Below, one piece after another: positions 1 to 14,285 of a stretch of 64,000 nt of DNA; the stretch's first letter is position 1; the number at the start of each line of letters is the position of its first letter. Below the pieces are notes generated by a model. That model ran no database searches, was not told the origin of the DNA, and saw only the letters and a program-made list of their open reading frames with translations. The position numbers were made by a program, and so were the translations under genes. The DNA lies in contig OZ024741.1 in the NCBI GenBank assembly GCA_964016885.1, positions 331,328,001-331,392,000 on the forward strand, given 5' to 3'. This DNA comes from Eledone cirrhosa (lineage: Eukaryota).

Positions 1-819
1 GATATGTAATTCAGCAGCTGGACTAGAGTCTCATTTAAGGCATAACCAAATAAAAAGAATGAACTGAGAAGACGGTTACACCCCTCCATACGTTGATATA
101 CGCCAAGAGAGTCCATCACACACACACATATATATATATACAATATAAATGACAATCATTTAATCACTTACGACATGCAATTCATATATAAATTTTAAAC
201 ATACATCTCCAAAAAATATTATATTTCGGCTCTGTAGTATACTTGGTATTTTACATTGAGGTATTTTCCTATTTGTAATTGCGCAATATTTATTATTACC
301 CACATTTCAAATCCCCCACAGTTCAAATCCCGCCGAGGTTGACTTTGCTTTTCATCCTTACGGGGTTGATAAAATAAAGTACCAGTAATGCACTGGGTAA
401 TTGCTGGCCTTGTGCCTAAAGTAGAAACATTTATTATTACCCACATTATATCATCATCATCATCATCATCATCATCATTTTACGTCCGCTTTTCCTTGCT
501 TGCAAGGGTGGGACGGGAACTGATTCTGGCTTGATTTCTACAGCTGGATGCCCTTCCTAACACAAACCTCATTTACAGTGAGTACTGGGTGCTTTTTGCC
601 GTGGTACCTCCACGACCACTTTGCAGTGGAATGATAGGGACTCCAGTCCCTATCATCTCATTGCTACAGCTGAGTAAACTGGAGCAATGTGAAATAAAGT
701 GTCTTGCTCAAGGAAACAACACATCACCCGTCTGAGAATTGAACTCACAACCTTTCGATTGCAAGCCCAATGCTCTAACCACTAAGCCATGTACCTCCAT
801 GATATATATATATATATCA

Positions 820-2400
820 TCATTATCATCATCATCATTTTACGTCCACTTTTCCCTGCTTGCAAGGGAGGGACGGGTCCTATTCAGTACAGCATCTCTC
901 TACTTGTCACGGTCCTTCGTCATCTCCTCCGTGAGCTTCAGTGATCTGAGGTCTGCTCTCACCACCTCCGCCCATGTTTTTCGTAATCTTCCTCTACTGC
1001 GTCATCCTTCTACTGGGATTTCTTGGCACTTTCTTCACCCAGCGGTCATCCTCCATGTGCATCACATGTCCATACCATTTCAATCTTCTCTCCCGCACAC
1101 TACAACTTATCGCTTTTATACCCAGTTTCTCTCTCAACTCATCTATGCTTGGTCGTTCACACACATTGACATTGCACATCCAACGGAGCATGCTTACTTC
1201 ATTTCTCTCCAGCCGTCGCATATCCTCTGTAATTGCTGCCCATGTCTCACTACCATGCAGCATTGCACATCTCACACAGGCATCATATAACCGGCCTTTC
1301 ATTCGTAGGGAGAAACCCTTGTTTGTCAACAGAGGAAGCAGCTCCCTAAACTTCTTCCAACCCATCCTTATTGTAGATACTATGGCCTCAGAACACCCCT
1401 ACCCTTACTAATCTGATCACCTAGGTACCAGAAGCTATCAACCACTTCTATAGAACCCACCTGCATTTGAAAAATGCAGGTGTAATCACTGCGATTACTA
1501 CTGCCAAATTTCCCTGTACATCTACTGCATACATAGTTTTCCCTACCTGTTAGTTTGCCTGCTATCCCACTACATCTCTTGTGTACCCAAGATCTGCATT
1601 ATGTACATTTTATAGAGTTCCTTTTCTACATATGAAACATGGCCATTTCCCTGATTGAATCAGAGTTTTGTCTTCTTTTCTACTTATCATCACTTTTGTC
1701 TTACCTATGTTCACTCTCAGTCCTCTTGCTTCCAACTGCTGTTTCCATAGCCAGAATTTATTCTCTAGCTCCTCTACTGATTCTGCTATAAGTACCAGAT
1801 CGTCAGCATAGAGAAGTTCCCATGGGCAGCCAGTCTTAAACTCCTCTGTTATGGCTTGGTGGACTATAATGAACAAGAGCGGGCTGAGGACCGAGCCCTG
1901 ATGTACTCCTACTTGTATCTGGAATTCCTCACTAAACTCCATTCCTACTCTCACATTACTGACACAGCTCTGTACAAAGTTTGCACTGTCCTCACAAGCC
2001 ATTCCTCAACACTTAGTTTCCTTAGGGACCACCAGATGACAGATCGGGGTACCCTATCAAAGGCCTTCTCTAGGTCAACAAAGGCTAAGTATAGTGGCTT
2101 ATTCTTCTCTAAGAACCTCTCTTGTAATTGTCTCACCAAGAAGAGGGCATCTGTTGTACTTTTCCCAGGGACAAAACCAAACTGCATCTCATCTAGTTTG
2201 ACCCTTTCTCTAATTAGTTGCGCTAATATTCTCTCTGCTACTCTCATAGCTTTATGCCCCTATAATTGCTCCTCTCAAGAGCACCCCCTTTACCTTTGTA
2301 GCAATTTATAAGAATACTGCTGCACCAGTCTTTGGGTATGACACGACCATATATAGCTTGATTGATGATGCGTGCAACCAATTTAGTGCCTACTTCTCCT
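820..2400 (-). mobile_element. RTE-clade LINE, 3' portion (RT, Cys-rich insert, C-terminus), decayed
   Basis: QFGFVPGKSTTDA, AFVDLEKAFDRVPR, GVHQGSVLSPLLF, LLYADDL, RRLKWYGHV; (ATG)n tail. Confidence 0.9.
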
Positions 2401-2444
2401 ACATATATATATGTATGTATGTATATATATATATATATATTATA

Positions 2445-2978
2445 TCGGGTCACTCTTGAGTGCTACTGGTAACATGTAACCCTGTACAACCTGTCGCATG
2501 GTCGGGTTGTCAGTGACTAAACCGGCAACCCCACCAAGTTTTCTTGGTGAGGAGGGTGATTTTGGACACCCTGCAGGACAAAAAACAAAACCTGACAAAG
2601 GGCGGAAGAACTCATAAGAGTCAATGGCCATCCGAAAGTGTGTAAATATGTATATACACATGTACCGCGCAGTTAAACCACTGGGAGTGAAGGACCCCTA
2701 GCCTTTGTCAGGGCATTCTTCTAGGAGAAAGCAACTCAGGAAACTGGGATAACTCCGATATAAAACCTGCGGCTCAGTAGTTACCAATGATGTTGATCTT
2801 TTCTTCTTTTCAGGTTATAGCTACTGTCGTTCAGAGAGTGGGATTGGCTCAGTGCACAGTCTTTCCTCACTTTAAAAAATATCTTCACGCACAGGGATTG
2901 CACGATAGAATTAATTAATAATTATTAATAATGGTATATGGTGCAATGACCATACTCGATAATGAGGGGGCAGCCATC

Positions 2979-2980
<2 letters not shown>
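2445..2980 (+). mobile_element. Non-autonomous retroposon/SINE family C
   Basis: gtgctactggtaacatgta...ggtgaggagggtga...ggcagccatcat; homologous pieces at 50770-51380, 48860-49360, 24640-24800 (-) and 25035-25130. Confidence 0.7.
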
Positions 2981-3012
<32 letters not shown>

Positions 3013-3469
3013 TTTTTTAGACAGCAAGACAGACAACCTATCATGGCTTTACTCTTACTCTCTTGCATTCACTTCACACACATCTTCAGCCTGACTCTCT
3101 ATTTCATATTTACAGGCTCAGTACACATAACCATTCCCATTCATTAATTCGTCCAAATCTTTACACCATAACATCTCAACACAGACATTATACAGTGTAC
3201 AAATTTTCACTTGTTATAATTATATTGTAGTTCATTAGATTGCTGAATCAACTTACAATTATTTTTAGGGTTACACAAATCATCCCAAGATTTGAACATT
3301 GGTTGCTTGTTCTATCTGTGTGTGTGTCAGGTTTGTTTTATTAGTTTAGTTCTTATGTGTCTCAGCATGTCTCTATCTTGTCCTTAATTACTAGTTGTAA
3401 TTCTGTTGCTATTCCACTCATGTTTTCTGTTTAATTTTGGTTGGAGTTTGTTTATGTTTGTTGCTTCTG

Positions 3470-3800
3470 TAATCTGTTGGAGCATTGCGTCATTTCTGTG
3501 TGTTGATATAATCTTTATTTCTATGTTCTCTAGTGTGCCCCCCTATTCTATTTTAGCATGTTGGTGGAGTACTGATGAGTTCTTTCCATCTTGGAGTTCT
3601 CGCCAGTGTTCATTTATCCTTTCTCCTATGCTACAGGCTGTTTCACTGACACACTGTCTTGCGATCCTGAACACTTGATGCCTTTGGTCCTCATGCTGCA
3701 AAATATGCTTAAATATTTTATTTTCCACTTCCCTTCATGCAAGGTATACTTGTCACCTAGCTTCTCTCCTAGAATTCTAGTAGATTTCTCTACTACCCCC
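3470..3800 (-). mobile_element. Penelope-like GIY-YIG endonuclease fragment
   Basis: ORF 3543..3728: VSETACSIGERINEHWRELQDGKNSSVLHQHAK matches the (I/V)GET..R..EH pattern. Confidence 0.6.
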
Positions 3801-3849
3801 ATTTTGCCATTCCTTCCATGACTGTCTTTTGGCCTTAATTTTCTCATCT

Positions 3850-4420
3850 ATCTTACTATTCCACCACTAAGTCACTTCCCTTCTCCCTAGAGACCTACTC
3901 CAACCACAGATTTCATTTGTCGCCTTCAGTAGGTTATCTTTCAGGAACTCCCACTGCTTCTCTATATCTTATGTCTCTATTTGCTCTTCCTTACTATTGA
4001 AAGTGTCACTCATCATACTTCTAAATTTGTTACTGGTTGTTGGGTCTTTTAACTTCCATATTATTCTCCTCCAGGTTGTCTTCTGTTGCCAGGTTGGGAG
4101 GTGCATTCTTCACCAGAGAGGGACTTTGTGTTCACAACAGTCACACTGTCTCATCTTCTGGTAAGAATAAAATGTATCTGGCTGATGTGCTCACTTGATC
4201 TATAAGTGATTAAGTGGTTGTCCCATTTTTTGAAGTCCGTGTTATAGTTAGGTCATTAGTGTCGCAGAATTCCAGGAGCCTGAAACCTTCCTTGTTTCTA
4301 GCACCAAACCCATTGCTCTTGTGGATTCCATCGAAGCCATCACAGTGTTGCCCAACATGCCTGTTAAAGTCGCTTACAATGTATATGAGGTCACTGTCAA
4401 TTATTTGGGAGGTAGTAAGC
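3850..4420 (-). mobile_element. RTE-type APE endonuclease/linker fragment
   Basis: SDFNRHVG...GFGARNKEGFRLLEFC (GDFN motif region). Confidence 0.65.
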
Positions 4421-4769
4421 ATTAGAGACTCATGTTATGAATCCCAAACCACATGGTTGTAAAGCAACCTCTTTAACGTACAAATTCATATGAAATTGTG
4501 ATGCCTAGTTGGTCTGAATTGAAGCACTCTGTTTCTGAATATAATAATATCCTTCATTTCACTGTTATTTATCAGAATATATCTACAGCAATGGTCCCCA
4601 ATCTTTTGTGCACCATGCCCCATTTCAAATCTCCAGAATTCTTATGCCCTGCTTTAATATGAAAACAGTGATGATCAACTAGAAAGTGTAAACAAATTAG
4701 CGTATAGGTGGTGCCAGATGCACAATAATACATGTGTGAAGGAGGAGATCTGACAGGAGTTTCCGACAG

Positions 4770-4847
4770 TACAAGGGTCGGCTGAATAGTTCACATGCTG
4801 ACTATGAAGGAATGATGCTAGTGGTGTGAAATCTAGTGTGTTGTGAA

Positions 4848-4897
<50 letters not shown>

Positions 4898-5308
4898 GTA
4901 TGTATATATGTATATATATATATACATGTACATATATATATATGTATATAAATGGGTATATTTACGAGGGCTAGGCTGAAAAATTCATAGGCTGATTATG
5001 AAGGTGTGATGCTAGAGCTGTCAAATCTTGTAGGAAGGAAAGCATGTGTGTTTAGTCATCCATTTTTGGGAAGTATATATATATATATGTATATATATAA
5101 ATGTGTATATATGCAAGGGTGGACTGAAAAGTTCATAGGCTGATTATGAAGGAGTGATACTAGAGCTGTGAAATCTTGTATGCATTAATTTCAATTCTTC
5201 TTACTAATAACTGCATTGTTTCTTTCCAGGGACAATGTTGAAAAATATACCTTATTTGGTCATTTAATATCTTGGTCAGCATATGAAGTTTTCAGCCGGC
5301 CTTCGTAA
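4770..5308. mobile_element. Mariner-derived MITE cluster (one full ~195-bp copy and two left ends)
   Basis: TIR ..AGGGT..GCTGAAAAGTTCATAGGCTGA / TCAGC.TATGAA.TTTTCAGCC; other copies at ~45035-45220, ~55397-55603 and pieces at 46550-46700. Confidence 0.7.
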
Positions 5309-5430
5309 TGTATACCAAAGTTGCTTTGGTGCAAAAGTAATAAGGTAAAACTCGAATGTTTATTCTTATTAATATCATTTTCAAATTGCCTCCATTAAAT
5401 ATTCAAATGAAAATATTCAAATTGCTCCCC

Positions 5431-5672
5431 TTAACCCTTTAACGTTTAATTTACTCTATATTTACTATTGTATTTTCACGGTAATTCACATAATTTTCAC
5501 GGTATTTTCACATAATTATCTCACATAATATTGAATTTACGAGATTTTCATATTATTTATTTTGCGAACCATACCTTAATATCAGTATGAGTGGCTGGTT
5601 ACAGCTGGTTTGAACAGAAAGAGGTGAGATAAGTTTGGCTGGATATGGCTGGTTTAAATGTTATAGGGTTAA
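5431..5672. mobile_element. piggyBac-type MITE (TTAA ends)
   Basis: TTAA-CCCTTTAACGTTTAA...TTAAATGTTATAGGG-TTAA; a related left end starts at ~38405. Confidence 0.6.
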
Positions 5673-5933
5673 ATATTCATATTATCCCCTCTACCTCTGT
5701 GGAGCTTGTGCCCCATGCTGGGAATCCTTGATCTACAATTAACTAACCTTAGATTATACTCTGATCTAACTTCTAATACTTTCATACTTCACACTTTCAG
5801 GTGTTACACTAATTACATATTCTCCCCCACCCCACCTCATTCAGATCCAAATTTGTCTCTATTTCTGTTTCAATCATTTTTAGATAAACCCCCACCGCCA
5901 AAAAATAACCCCAAAAAACAAAAGAAAACAAAA

Positions 5934-5980
<47 letters not shown>

Positions 5981-6039
5981 AAAAAAAAGTAAAAAAAAAA
6001 TGTAACATTTATATCAAATGTTCATTTAATTGGCTTACC

Positions 6040-6680
6040 ATTTGCTGTTGTTGTTGTTGTTGTGTTGTGGTTGTTGTGTTGTAGTTGTTGTTGCTGTTGT
6101 TGCTGTTGTTGTAGCTGTGGTCGTTGTTGTTGTTGTAGTAGCTGTTGTTGTGTTGTAGTTGTTGTTGCTGTTGCTGTAGCTGTGGTTGTTGTAGCTGTGG
6201 TCGTTGTTGTTGTTGTTGTTGTCGTCGTCATAGTAGTTGTTGTTGAAGCTGTGGTGGTTGTTGTTGTAGTTGTTGTTGTTCATTTCCCCATGTCTATTTG
6301 TTGCTATTATTGTTGTTGTTATTATTGTTGTTGTTGATGATGATGCTGTTGTTGTTATTGTTGTTACTGTTGTTATTGTTGTTGTTGTTGATGATGATGA
6401 TGCTGTTGTTGTTGTTATTGTTGTTATTGTTGTTGTTGTTGATGCTGTTGTTGTTTTTGTTGTTGTTGTTGTTGATGGTGCTGTTGTTGTTGTTGATGTC
6501 GTTGTTGTTCACCCCCCCCCCATGTCTATTTGTTGTTTTTATTGTTTCTTTTCCATTTCTATTTGATGCTATCATTGTTGTTGTCGTTATTGTTGTTGTT
6601 GCTATCTTGTTGTTGCCATTGTTGTTGTTGCTACGATTGTTGTTGTTGTTGTTGTTGCGATTGTTGTTGTTGTTGTTGAT
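6040..6680. repeat. (GTT/GAT)n trinucleotide low-complexity block
   Basis: Direct inspection; accounts for the poly-L/V/N/Q ORFs here. Confidence 0.95.
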
Positions 6681-7484
6681 GTCTATTTGGGAATTGGCTG
6701 CTGCTCTTTTTACAGAGAAAGTTTTAATTGAAAAACTTCTTTTAACGCATGTTTACACTAAAAATATCTTTCTGCTGTCTGCCTGTAGGTTATAGATTTA
6801 CATTCATTAAATACGTGTTTTGGGCTGCCCCTATTTTCTCCTTTTCTTTTCTTTTTGGTGGAGGGAGTGTTCTTCCATTTTTATTCTCTTAATTTTAAGT
6901 TTTGCTGTTTCGTTTCACTATAAACTGAAATTTAATGAGTGTTAATTTGTTGTTGTTTAATTCATATTTTATTTTTCAATTCTGTTTTGTTATTATTTAT
7001 TTTTTGGATGTGTGGTAAGTGTAGGTGGGAGGTATGAAGAGTCTAACAAGCATTTCCATATTTGCTTTATAATTTGCATTCTTAGCTACGTTTTGAGGTT
7101 TCTTTCACCTATTGATTAAATATGTGATGTATGCACATTGCTACACCTTTATTTTTACTTTTAGTTTACTCCTGGTCTTTGTTTCAATGGAATTGCAAGC
7201 TTCTTGTAGATAGCTAGGTAACAGATAGTTTTATTTCAGTATCTGCATTATTCATGCTGAAGGCAAATTTAATAAACATTTAAACTCCCTGTCTTCTAGA
7301 ACAGATTTGATATTCATGGGTTATTGCTATAAGAATAAAGAAAATATTCAGATCTCTAACAGAAGTATCATGAAAAAATTGAATTTGTTGTTGTCATTGT
7401 TATTGTTGTTTTTGTTGATCAGAGCAATGATCAAATGAATTTCAGCCAAATGCCTTCTAAGCTAGAATATATATATATACATAT

Positions 7485-7775
7485 ACGGGAGAGGAGACTG
7501 AGGTGGTATGGACATGTGATGCGCATGGAGGATGACCGATGGGTGAAGAAGTGCCAGGAAATGCCAGTTGAAGGAGGACGTGGTAGAGGTAGACCACAAA
7601 AAACATGGGCAGAGGTGGTGAGAACAGACCTCAGATCGCTGAAACTCACGGTGGAGATGACGAAGGACCGTGACAAGTGGAGAGATGCTGTGCTGTATAA
7701 GACCCGTCCCACCCTTGCAAGCAGGGAAAAGCGGACGTAAAATGACAATGATGATGATGATGATGTTGATGATGA
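7485..7775 (+). mobile_element. RTE LINE 3' end
   Basis: RERRLRWYGHVMRM...GRGRPQKTW; ends gcggacgtaaaatga(tga)n. Confidence 0.85.
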
Positions 7776-7780
7776 TATAA

Positions 7781-7814
<34 letters not shown>

Positions 7815-10800
7815 GTGTGTATATATATATATATATTATAAGAACAGATTAAAGTTTAAGAAAAGAATCGCTGCTTTCACCCTTAACGGGATCTGAAACT
7901 GAAAAAAAATCAATCTGGATGCAGAAATAAATATTTAAAAAAACGTTACAACCGAAGGAAAACAGGAAGATGATACGTTAATTCGTGAGGACGTTCTCTG
8001 GCGATGGACGAAAAAAATGAGAGGACAATTACATCGTTATGTGATGAGGGAAGAACAATTTCTTACAAAGACAAAAACACATTTATGCTACAAAAGAAAT
8101 CAATGGATTAATATTCTATTTAGAATAACCGAATGATTTCTAGCTCTGGAGTTTGAGAATAAAGTAAATAAAATTATTAAATGAAAATGACAGATGTTAT
8201 TAATAATAGTAAAAGTAAATAATTACGAGAACATTAAAGAAATGTTATAGGATTTAGGCCTGTGCATAAGTATGTGCTTATGCATACAAACATATACATA
8301 TACATATAAAAAATATACATACATATATATATATATATACATAAATACATACACATATACACACATACATACACACACATATATATATACATACACGCAC
8401 AGATATGCATATGTTCTATATGTTTTTTGTACAAGATATCTAAATTGTACCAATAACAATATCTTGTGAATTCCCTTTGTTCGGAAAGTTGGCACCTTTA
8501 CATTGAGGGGTTATTGGTCAGTAAGTCGATATATTTTCATTATATATGTGTGTGTGTGTGTGTGTGTGTATGAATCTACAGTTACCTGTGTGTTTGTATG
8601 TATTTGATACAACCTTATAGTTACTTGTTACTTGTGTTATATATATATAATTAAGAGACGAAGCTTATCAAATAGAATGGGCACAGCTTTGGTCGTTTCT
8701 TCACTCACTCAATAATTAATTAAGTTTGTATTATTAAAATTCAAACTCAACTGATTAGAGTGCACACATATGTTAATTAGTGAGGAAGACGACTTCATAT
8801 AGATAGGAAAATTGGGATACCTGGACCTATGTATCAGTTTCTACGATTCCGATCTCCTGGCAGCGTTCCAAGTGGAACAACCATGTGCAGAATATAAGGT
8901 AACGTTAGCATACATTATGTAATTTGGTGAGGAACCGTGTCACCACCCTGTTATGGAAAGATCCATATGGCGTGCTTTTACCTTCAGTTGCTGGCTGCAA
9001 ATGAATAGTAGTTTTCAACTTCTAGTGACATCACATCAAAGAGAAGATAAGCCAGGTCTGGCCATTTACAGGGAACACACATTAGCATTTGATTCAAATT
9101 GAAAAAATATGACCATGCCAAAATCACTCTAGCAGGGTGTTTTCATATAGAAAAAAAGACACGGTAGCAAACGATAAATAAATCAAACTAGAATAAACAG
9201 AGTAAGAAAGTTCAATTTACAATTTAAATGCAGTTTAGTGCCCTGGGAGTTAAAATAATTAAGAGACAAAGCTTATCAAATAGAATGGACACAGCTTCGG
9301 TCATTTCCTCACTTACTCAATAACCAATTAAGATTGTATTATTAAAATTCAAACCCAACTGGTTAGAGTGCACACAGAGGAAGACGACTTTGTGTAGGTA
9401 GGAAAATTGTGATAACACAAGTAAGAAATAACAATATATCAATGAATAGAATGCAACTTGCCATAGGATCAATGTGAATAAGTGAACAGAATGAGAAGAT
9501 ATTACATGTAACTGGTCTAAATAATAAATGAGGTAGATATCAATTTAAAATACAAACAACATTTCTGTTTTGTTTGAACTTAAAATATAGGATTGAACAA
9601 AGAATAACATAATACATACATACACACATAATACATACATACATACATATATGCATACGCTTATGTAAAGTCACATGGCTCTGTGGTTAGGGTTTTGGGC
9701 TCATGATTGTAAGGTTATGAAGTGATGACTGTGCTTGAAGCTTTTTTAAAGTGAAGAAAGGCCTTGTAATGGACCAATTTCACTCTTTGAACAACAGTAA
9801 CAGTTATCCCAAAAGAAGAACGGATCAATATCATTGGCTGTTATCAAGTCGCAGGTTTTGCATCAGAGTTTCCCTTCTCCTAGAATGATGCTGGTGGGCT
9901 AACCGCCTCCTTGGACACCAAACTGAGTATTTCCCTGTCCCTGTGCATGCATGTATACATACATATATACATGCATACATTAATGGAACAGTAAAAATAT
10001 GTAAAACATTTCAAAATTTCTGCATCTAATAACTGCATGTACACATGTACAGATACAAAGCATATACTCATGCACACATACAACTCAAAACATACACATC
10101 TACACATACAATAGCATCCTTACCTGCACACACATGCATGCATGTAGACATGTATACATATCTACCTAGTTGATGTTGTTTTATGTCTATGTTAGAAACC
10201 AACTCTCCCTTTATTGGTAAACATTTATAAAATTATAAAACCAGAACATACATACATACATAGTGTTTATATATTTAAATATGAGGTCAGTCAAAAAAGT
10301 AATTGAAGTTAGACTGGGGAAAAGAACAAATTAGGAAATTAGTGGAGTTCAATAGCTAATTCCCCGTTGAAGTGTATATATAAAACAAGAATAATTAGTG
10401 AAGTTAAAATAGTTTGTGGGGTCAAAATCTCCTTTGAAGTGTATATATAAAACAAACAAACTAATTATAAATGAACAGGAATATTGGCCATCTAATCCTT
10501 CCAGCAGCATTGTCAGTGTTCTTGTGATATATAATCAACAGCAGTGGACTGACATATACATCACCACCACCACCATTATCATCATTTAATGTCTGTTTTA
10601 CCTGCTAGCATGGTTAGGATAGTTCATTACAGACAGGGTCAGTATTCATGTGGACACATCATCATCATTATCTGTTTTCCATGCTAGTAAGGGTTGGACA
10701 GTTCATGAGAGTCAGGGTCAGTACTCATATGGAGCTACTGACTTTTTAAATGGTCTGAACACTCACATCCCACTTACATATGCACCCACACTCTACAAAG

Positions 10801-12539
10801 AGCTTTATGGGACCAGGGCCCCACATCTCCCTCACATATATTCCCACACTCTAACAAGTGATCCCTGGTGCCAGGGCCCTACATCTCACATACATTCTCA
10901 CACTTTATCAGGTGGTTCCTGGGTTTAGGGCACTCACATATCACATACATTCTCACACTCTACTAAGTGTTCACTGAGGCCAGTCCCCACATTTTGCTTA
11001 TGTACATTTCCACACTCTACTAAGTGCATTTTATCAAGGTATTGGTACTAGAAAGGTTGTCATATCTTTCACACTGACTGAAGGATCCTCTAAAACTCTT
11101 TGGATTCTTCAGGTGTGTCAAAAGCACAACAACCTATCTGCTCTGTTTTTAACATTGAGTTATTTTCTAATTGTTGATATCTTCAACCATACAATGGAGT
11201 TTATCAAATCATCCATCCCTCTACATCTCTATCTAATCTGCAGATAGACTGACTGACAGATTGACAGGTAGATAAACAGAGGTAAAAACGATAAGTAGAC
11301 ATATATATACATAAAGAATGTTATATTTTTCTCATCACCAAGCTGGTATTTAGAACATAATTCTTACATAACATTACGATGGATGTCTTTTAAATAAATA
11401 TAAACAATTTAAAACAAGCAGTTTTGTAACACAGAAGCAGGGTTGGTTTAAGGCATTTTCTTATATGGTTAAATAATTTTCTAATTGTTGATTTCCTCAA
11501 CCATATGATGGGCTTTTAAAATTATCCATACTTCTATATCTCTATCCAATTTGCAGATAGACTGACTGACAGATAGAGAGGTAGACAGATAGACAGGTAG
11601 ATAAACAGAGGTAAAAAGATAGGTAGACATATACATAGAGCGTATTATATTTTTCTCATCATCAAGCTGCTATTTAGAACACAACTCAAAGGTTTTTACA
11701 TAAAATTATGAAGGAAGGCTTTTAAATAAATATAAACTGTTTAAAACAGTTTTGTGAAACAGAAGCAGGGATAGTTTAAGACATTTTTGTATCAAAAGAG
11801 TTAAATAAGTTTCCTCATTATCCGCATTATCATTTAATATATTCGCCATTTTGTCTGCCAGGACTACAAAAGATTTACATGACTCATTCTGGTAAAATAA
11901 AATATTTACTTATCAATGAATAGAATGAAACTTTTCTTAGGATCAATGTGAATAAGTGAACAGAATGAAAAGATATTTCATGTAACTGGTCTAAATAATA
12001 AATGAATGTATATAGGTAATACAACATGAGGTAGATATCAATTGACTAAAGAAACACAATTTAAAATACAAACAACATTTCTGTTTTTGTTTGAGCTTAA
12101 AATATAGGATTGAACAAAGAATAACACAACACACACACATATATATACATATGTGAAGTCACCTGGTTCTGAGGTTAGGGCATTTGGCTCATGATCTCTG
12201 GAGGTCATGAGTTCAATTTCTGTCAGCATGTTGTGTCTTTGAGTAAGACACTGTATTTTATATTGCTCCAGTCCACCCAGCTGGTGAAAAATAAATTGGC
12301 CCTGGAATTCAAAAGACCAAGCCTTGTTACTCACACTGTGTCATGCTGAATCTCCCTTAGAAAAACGTTAAGGGTGCATGTGTCTATGGAATCCTTAACC
12401 ACTTGCATGTTAATCTCATAAGCTGGCTGTTCTGTTATTTGAACAACTGGAACAGTCATTGCTGGAACTGACCGAGGTCCAACACACACATACATACACA
12501 TACAGTCACCCCCCCCCCCCACACACACATATATGCATG

Positions 12540-12700
12540 CAAAAAGTAAACAGAAACAACAAAGCAAACAACGAAGAAATATATTAATTTAACACTTGAT
12601 ATAGTAGGAAAAGAGGCTTTGTTTCAGACACTAGTCCTTCATCAAAAGATAGAATGAAAAATAAAAGTGAACTAGAAAGATAGAGAATGAAAAGAGGAAG
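12540..12700 (-). mobile_element. Possible PLE terminal-repeat remnant with a decayed hammerhead core
   Basis: Minus strand at ~12621-12645 reads TTGATGA-AGGAC-TAGT-GTCT-GAAAC; stems I and III are not intact; similar sequence at ~19840-19920. Confidence 0.35.
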
Positions 12701-13441
12701 GAACGGGTAAATATGTTTGGGTATGTTTCATTGTGACAGCAACACTAGAGGGATTGTCTTGTCCACTGTATGGCTAAACAGATCTCTCAACTCTAACTCT
12801 TTGCTGTTTCTGTTTTGTCAAGGTAAATGTGACTGAGAGTGATGGTGTGATTATAATAAATGGAGTGATGGTCAACAGTGGAAAGAGTAGAATGTGTGCT
12901 TATATGGGAGTGCGAAGGGGAGCAGTGAAATAAAAGGTATAGAGAGGTGAGGGTAAGGAGGTTAAAGAGGAGCAGGAAGTGGTGAAATAGGACATGGCAA
13001 AGAAGAAATAGGTGAAAGATAAGGATGTGGATGATGATGATGATGATGATGATGATGCGAGGAGGATGAGGAGGATAGGTAGAAAGAGAGATGAGTAGGG
13101 AGATGAGAATAAGGAGGAAGATGAGGGTGAAGTGGATGAATATGGTGTGAGTATGAGGAGGATAGGGAAGAAGAGATGAGGAGGAAAGTGAAGGTGAGGA
13201 GAAGGAAGAAGAAAATGATGATGATGATGATGATAATTATGAAGATCACGATAATAATGATAACGATGATGATGACAATGACAAAGAGGTGGGGAAGGGG
13301 AGGGACAATAAGAAAACAACAACACCATACTATTTATTATTTCTAATTACCGTTCTTCCAGATTAAATAGAAACTAGATTTACCTTGTTTCATACTTCCC
13401 AACTACCACCCCCTGCCGCACTATTGAAGCTCTCTCTCTCT

Positions 13442-13521
<80 letters not shown>

Positions 13522-13829
13522 GAGTGTGTCGGTGTGTGTGTGTACTCACTCACACTAACTGTGACCGTCTATAGTTCTACAGATTTGATGCTGTGTTGGT
13601 ATATGTATATATATATATTTTTCTTTGACCTCGGGTCGTGTGTGGACCCACTCACATTAACAGCGTCTTTTACAGCTATTTGGGAGATAGAGACTTGATA
13701 GTTTTATGATCCTAACTGAGGACGAAAGCAGTCGCCGTGTTTTGACTGCTTGATCTTCATATGAGGGACTAAACTCTGTGAGTGAACACCGTTAATTTTC
13801 TCCCTCATATCAAGGATTTGAAGACAATT

Positions 13830-13916
13830 CATTTTCACCTGACGAGATCAGTAATAATCGATCATGGCTGCACGATCGATCTATCTCTTATTGAAACATG
13901 CGTCGTGATTAAAATG
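13830..13916 (+). ncRNA. Type I hammerhead ribozyme
   Basis: TCAC-CTGACGA(13839-45)-stem II containing ATCGATC/GATCGAT-GAAAC(13893-97)-ATGC-GTC^-GTGA; stem I extends with CATTTT/AAAATG. Confidence 0.75.
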
Positions 13917-14242
13917 ATTGGAAATTTATACCATACCTTTGGATATTTATTTTGATATATATATAGAGAGAGAGATGGAAAAGAATGAAACGAAATTTCA
14001 TTTCTCACTCTTAGTACGGCTGATACCTACATATAAGTATGTATACGTACATACGTATATGTGTACAGACGTACAGTAGTATGTATATATATACATACAT
14101 GCACACACATATATATATATGTACGTATATATGTACTGAACATTTATTATAATGTTCGGTTTGTTTGTAAACAAACAGCCTGAATTACGCCGTACAGTGC
14201 TCAGCAACCATCGTCGCCCTTTTGTTCAACACTGACACAGGA

Positions 14243-14285
14243 ACGATGTACTAGTTTCAAGCTTATTAGCTATCGTCAGCATTGT
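14243..14285 (-). ncRNA. Minimal type I hammerhead ribozyme
   Basis: Minus strand reads ACAATG-CTGACGA-T-AGC-TAATAA-GCT-T-GAAAC-TA-GTA^-CATCGT; stem III region is the palindrome ACTAGT. Confidence 0.75.
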
